Of a stretch of DNA of 64,000 nt, positions 58,771 through 64,000 are shown in pieces. The notes under the pieces were generated by a model, which searched no databases, had not been told where the DNA came from, and worked only from the letters and a program-made list of their open reading frames with translations. Location of the stretch: positions 14,818,001-14,882,000 of the forward strand of contig CM106586.1 of NCBI GenBank assembly GCA_048013815.1. Direction: 5' to 3'. Both the position numbers and the translations under genes were made by a program. The DNA is from Setoptus koraiensis. Its lineage: Eukaryota > Animalia > Arthropoda. The number at the start of each line of letters is the position of its first letter. Position 1 is the stretch's first letter.

Positions 58771-61700
58771 ATGTCTCTGTCGTCGGGAACGGGCTCCTCG
58801 TCGTCAGGCGGCTCTCTGGGACACGAAGAAACATTTGACAACAACAATAGAAACACCCAAGCTCGAACCACCAATCAGCAACAACAACAACAGCCAATTC
58901 AACAGCAACAACAACAACAACAACAACAACAAGCTCCAGTGCCACAAAACAGATTTGAGCTTTCGTTGGGCGGCACAAACAATCTACTCAATTTGGCCAA
59001 TATTGATCATGCAAATCTTTTGAATCAACAACAACAACTCAGAGCCGACATTCTCGCCGACCAACAACACCAACAACAACAACAACAGCAACAACAACAA
59101 CAAGTCTCGCCATCTTCCGTTCTTTCGCTATCTACTACCGCCTCTATAGACGGTTCGTCGTCATCATCTGGTTCCAATGCCCCATCAACTGCCAGAGGAA
59201 CAGTTGAGACGTTCCATTCGTCTGGCGGCAACGTTTTTCATACCTGTGATGCTGGCCATTACTCCACTCACTCCATGTCGGCCGCCCACAATCAATCGGC
59301 GGCCTCGTCATCCAATTATCAATATACTAGCGATCCAAGAATTTATCCATTGGACTCGCCAGTAGACTCAGCACCGCAATCAATAGGCTCACCACAACAA
59401 CCACATCAACATCCCCATCATCATCATCATCATCACCATCATCATCACCATCATCATCAGCAACATCATCAGCATAGATACAACAACCCAAGTTACCATG
59501 ACACATTACACACAATGTCTGAATCAGACACAACTGCCGATATACAATCAATAACCTCTCAATTCAATTTGTCTGTGTTAGCTCAACCATCACTGTTTGA
59601 TCAGCCAACGCAAGCATCGTCATCGTCGGCCAACCACAACATTAGCTCGTCTTCGTCACAACAACTATTGCAATCGTCGTCGTCCTCATCAGTGGGTTGT
59701 ACATTTGTACAGGGGCACGGGCATTATTTTACTAAGAAGACATTTCACAAGCCCAGCTATTGTCACCATTGTGCCGACCTGTTATGGGGCATCATTGGCC
59801 AGGGTTACATTTGCGAAGTGTGCAATTTCGTTGTCCACGAACGTTGCATGAAAACTGTCGTGTCATGTTGTTCAACTGTTGCCTCAAGCGCCATCAAGAA
59901 CCCAATGCCACACTGTTGGACGGACGCCCATCCAAAAAGAAAATTTTGTAATGTTTGTAGAAAACGCATCGAGGACAATGCAAGCGCCGTAAGGTGTTGC
60001 GTTTGTGAATATTGCGTTCATTTAGAATGCCAAGAGTTTAGTATTAGTGATTGTAAAGAATGTGCAACTTATGTGCCAGATATGAGACTATATGATATTA
60101 ATCAACGGCATCATTGGCGCGAGGGCAATCTGCCGCAGGGCTCAGCAAAGTGTTTTGTTTGCAAGAAGAGCTGCTGGAGCGCCGAATGTATGACAGGTAT
60201 GCGCTGCGAATGGTGCCTAATGACCGCCCATGCCAGTTGCCTGAGAAACGTTCCAAGCGATTGTGATTTTGGAAGCTTGAAATCCATCATATTGCCACCG
60301 TATTGTGTCAGTATTCCGCGAACTGATGTTCCCCTAGAAACTATTATAGGTGTCCAAAATAGATTAGTGTCGAGCACAAACACCGGTGGAAGTGGCGGCC
60401 TATCTAGCGGGGGCGGCGGTAGCTCTGGCAGTGGCGCTAGTGGAAGCGGCGGCATGGGCACCGCTGGCCAGTCCAGTCTAAGCGGCGGAAGTGGAACCAC
60501 TAAAAGGGACAATTTGTCGCCGAGAAGCACCAGTGAAGACTTTGGTCAATTGGCCAATCAGGAGGACTCTATATCGAGGGATAGGGATGAGGAAACGATT
60601 AGAATTTATGATGGCAACAGCGCAATCAAGAAGAGATCCTTCAGATGGGTACAGGTTATGAGGACAGCCAATAAGGAGCAACTGATAGCCGCTTGTTTGC
60701 GGGCGTTTCATGTTCACGACGACGTCAGTCACTATGTGCTCATTGACATAAATGGTAAGTTTTTCTCACGACTCTTCCAACAGCTCTCCCGCTCTTCAAC
60801 CATCACTAAACTAATTAAACTAATTTGATGTGATTTCACAACATTAACGACAATCAACAACAAAAATCAACAGAAACCCCGGAAAGAGAGCTCAACGAAT
60901 CAATGCCCGTGCTAAGTCTGATTAAAAAAGATAAGAGGCCCTCTGTTTTGCTTAGATATCGACCGCCTGACTCAACAATGGGAACAATTAAAGTATATCC
61001 AGGCAGGCTTAATGTGACTGACACTTACTGTTCAGTTCAGGTTACTAGTGATACAAATGTAGATGATGTTATGACGCAGGCCTTAGAGCAATTCCATTTA
61101 GATTCAACTGATCTAAATAGATATAGACTAGTTGAAGTGTCTTTAGATAAGGGGTCCTCGGTTCATGAGAGGACAATGGATAATCAGGAGTGCCCATGGG
61201 AAATTATTAAAAATGTTGCCAGGGAATCTGTGAGACAAAAAGAGAACACAAGATTCTATCTGCAACAAAAAGATGAAGTTTACTGCTCAAGTGTAGCCAT
61301 GTTTGTTGGAAATTTACCTATTGGATTAAATCAAATACAAACAGAGTCCCTTTTGACAGACCTATTGGGTAAACCGTATCGCTTCAAAGAGTGCAATCCA
61401 ATCTATTATGAGTATGGCTCTTGCATAATAACTTACGATAATGCAGACATTGCGGTCAAGGCTTTTTACATGCTACGCAATGCAGTTATTAAAGATGGTG
61501 ACGAAAGTCGCAATCTGCTAGTGTTGTTACTGCCGAACATTATGGCCGACATGATTCCCGAAGGCGTTAAGGTATGTTCCCATTCATCAACCATCTGCAT
61601 CGACAATCAAGACAATTAAAAAATTAATCAAATCATCATCTCATAATCTATCTATCGCCTCTCCACCCTAAATAGCCTCTTTTGGTGTTTGTCAACGTGA

Positions 61701-63476
61701 AAAGTGGCGGATGTCAAGGTCTGGAGTTGATAACTTCATTTAGGAAATTGCTAAATCCCTACCAAGTGTATGACCTTGAGAACGGGGGACCTTTACCAGG
61801 TCTATATGTATTCAGGAAAATTCGCGACTATAGAATATTAGTGTCAGGAGGAGACGGATCAGTGGGTATGTACCATCGACAACGTTTGAGATAATATATA
61901 AGGAGGCTGAGTTACAGATATATCATTCAATGGTTAACACGAATCATTGCATTTGTCTCGTAGGTTGGGTGCTTCAGTGTCTGGACAACGCCGGCCAAGA
62001 ATCCGAATGCCAATCGCCCCCTTGCGCTGTCGCTCCACTAGGTACTGGCAACGATTTAGCCAGAGTACTGAGATGGGGCTCTGGATATACAGGAGGTAGG
62101 TCGAATAGAATATTTTATGCTTTTATTTGTATGTGTTTATTTGCGAGATAGACAAGCATATAATAATCAAATTATTTCCTGTACTCGTTCTGTACAAACT
62201 AAAGCCGAGGATCCTCTCAATCTATTGAAGGATGTCATTGATGCCGAAGAGATAATTCTAGATAGATGGACCGTGGTATTCCATCCAGATGAGCCAAATA
62301 AACAGGAAGTGCCCACTTCTCTTACCATAAAGCCGGGAACAAGCAGTGGCGCTGAGGACAATACAAACATGCTAGTCATGAACAATTATCTTGGCCTCGG
62401 TATCGATGCTGATTTATGTCTCGGTTTTCACAATGCTAGAGAGGAAAATCCAGATAAATTCAATTCCAGGTAAAAATCATTCATTAACGTCAAAAAAGAC
62501 AAATTAACTGATTTTTTTGTGACGCCCTGCTAATTGTTTTATCACCAACTAAACATCTGATCGAACAGATTACACAATAAGGGAGTTTATGTTAAGCAAG
62601 CCTTCAGGAAGATTGTGAATCGTAAGCCGTGGAGTAATCTTAACAAAGAGATTGTGCTAGAGGTGGATGGCAAGGTTGTTAATCTACCTCATATAGAAGG
62701 AATAATAATACTCAACATTCTAAGGTTAGTCACATGCTGAGTTGGGTGTTGTCTAGCTAAAATCAAGATATGAACGAACAAAATAATCAACCAAAACTCG
62801 AAACCCTTTATCACCAGTTGGGGCTCTGGGGCTAATCCTTGGGGCCTTGATGCCGAAGATAGGTTTGCGAAGCCTAACCACTATGATGGTTTACTCGAAG
62901 TTGTCGGAGTGACAGGCATTGTTCACATGGGTCAGATACAAGGAGGCATAAGTAGAGGAATCAGAATTGCTCAGGGAGGCCAGGTAGGTTTGACTATGAC
63001 AATTTAATTACTCTATTATTTTTTCATTCAAAATCAACAAAGCTTTAGAATAACATTATGTTCTTCTTAAATCCATTCTTAATTCTATTCAATGAATAGA
63101 TAAAGATTCGTCTTAACACCGAGATGCCAATACAAGTTGATGGAGAACCTTGGGTCCAGACTCCAGGTAGAGTGAATATAATCAAATCAGCACTCAAAGT
63201 AAGTAGTCGGGGTTCAAGATAAACAAATGCATATTTACACATATTTAGTATTGAAGTAAAATACCGCTGACGTAATATAAATTGACTAATAAATCAACTT
63301 CTTATTATTATAATAATTACCAATTGTCTCCAATTAACAACTAGGCGACTATGCTAAGGAAAACCAAAATGAAACGACGTAATACGGAGCCCACATTAAC
63401 GCAAGCAGAAAGATTGTTAAGTGTAGACAAGGCGAACGCTGATAAATGTATCACCAATGAGAAGCTTGAAGAATGA
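58771..63476 (+). CDS. DGKQ: Diacylglycerol kinase theta; exons 58771-60754, 60874-61571, 61676-61865, 61964-62095, 62205-62469, 62569-62724, 62818-62983, 63100-63198, 63345-63476
   Basis: Three C1 domains ([18 protein letters not shown]; PHCW...FCNVC; [15 protein letters not shown]), two RA domains, an RRM-like segment, [61 protein letters not shown]. All introns GT-AG and phase-consistent; start codon uncertain. Confidence 0.93.
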
Positions 63477-63620
63477 ACAAAACGAGTTCGTTTTGATAGT
63501 AGCTAATTAACAGCCGACATATTGGCTATACACGTTAGACCAAAGTGGCCTAGTTCTATCATATTTTCTTCTTTTTACTATACACACAATATATATATAA
63601 TAGATAGTCAACAGGGTCTA

Positions 63621-64000
63621 TCAACTTTTTGCCTTCTTCCTTTTAGCGCCTGAGTTGTCAGATGCTTTGTTAGCGGTTTGTGAAACATCACTTTCATCGA
63701 TGTCTATGGGAGGATCGATAATTTTAACAATAACTCTTTCTGAAAATCTAGATGTTTTTGCGTCATCTGAGTCGCTTGAAGCAAGTGATATATCTACTTT
63801 TATCTTATCAAACTGGCGGATGGACTTTTTACTGGGCAGGTAAATTTGTTCTCTGGAGTCCGGCTCGAATTGCCAGTCCTTAGCCGGATTCAAAAAGTAT
63901 GTATGCTCGAAGGCTATCCTTGGAATCAGTATTTGAAGAGCATTCTGGCGAACATAAAATATATAGGCATCCTCATTATGTAGGATCTTTTTTGATTTGA
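63621..64000 (-). CDS. DIS3: Exosome exonuclease DIS3/RRP44, 3' end (S1 domain and basic tail), partial
   Basis: KSKKILHNEDAYIFYVRQNALQILIPR...IRQFDKIKVDI...VIVKIIDPPI...GAKRKKAKS matches the DIS3 C-terminus. Confidence 0.85.
   Translation of the reverse strand, partial: KSKKILHNEDAYIFYVRQNALQILIPRIAFEHTYFLNPAKDWQFEPDSREQIYLPSKKSIRQFDKIKVDISLASSDSDDAKTSRFSERVIVKIIDPPIDIDESDVSQTANKASDNSGAKRKKAKS

Overview
Eukaryotic, gene-dense DNA with short GT-AG introns (mostly ~65-125 nt), many intronless genes and CA/GA/TA microsatellites. It looks like a compact arthropod genome, most likely an acariform mite (inference only). Genes in order: bark beetle/anakonda SRCR protein (partial), PTP-PEST-type phosphatase, RhoGEF2, Leo1, transportin-1, fructosamine/ketosamine-3-kinase, CHCHD2 and phosphofructokinase. 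Next comes a ~16 kb minus-strand cluster of three intact 8-exon luciferase/4CL-like acyl-CoA synthetases interleaved with three intact IAH1-like SGNH esterases and one chimeric esterase remnant. It is followed by PIN4, an F-box protein with a phospho-SIM-like motif, COA6 and a divergent short Twist-like bHLH gene. Then an ~8.3 kb imperfect palindrome carries two head-to-head dally-like glypicans, near-identical in the core, diverged in the C-terminal stalk, and both lacking six of the 14 canonical cysteines. The window ends with an orphan ORF, diacylglycerol kinase theta (9 exons) and the 3' end of DIS3. The best candidates for undescribed biology are the co-duplicated acyl-CoA ligase + SGNH esterase cassette and the reduced, palindromically paired glypicans. 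Exon structures were read by hand and family calls rest on recognised motifs; no database searches were run.
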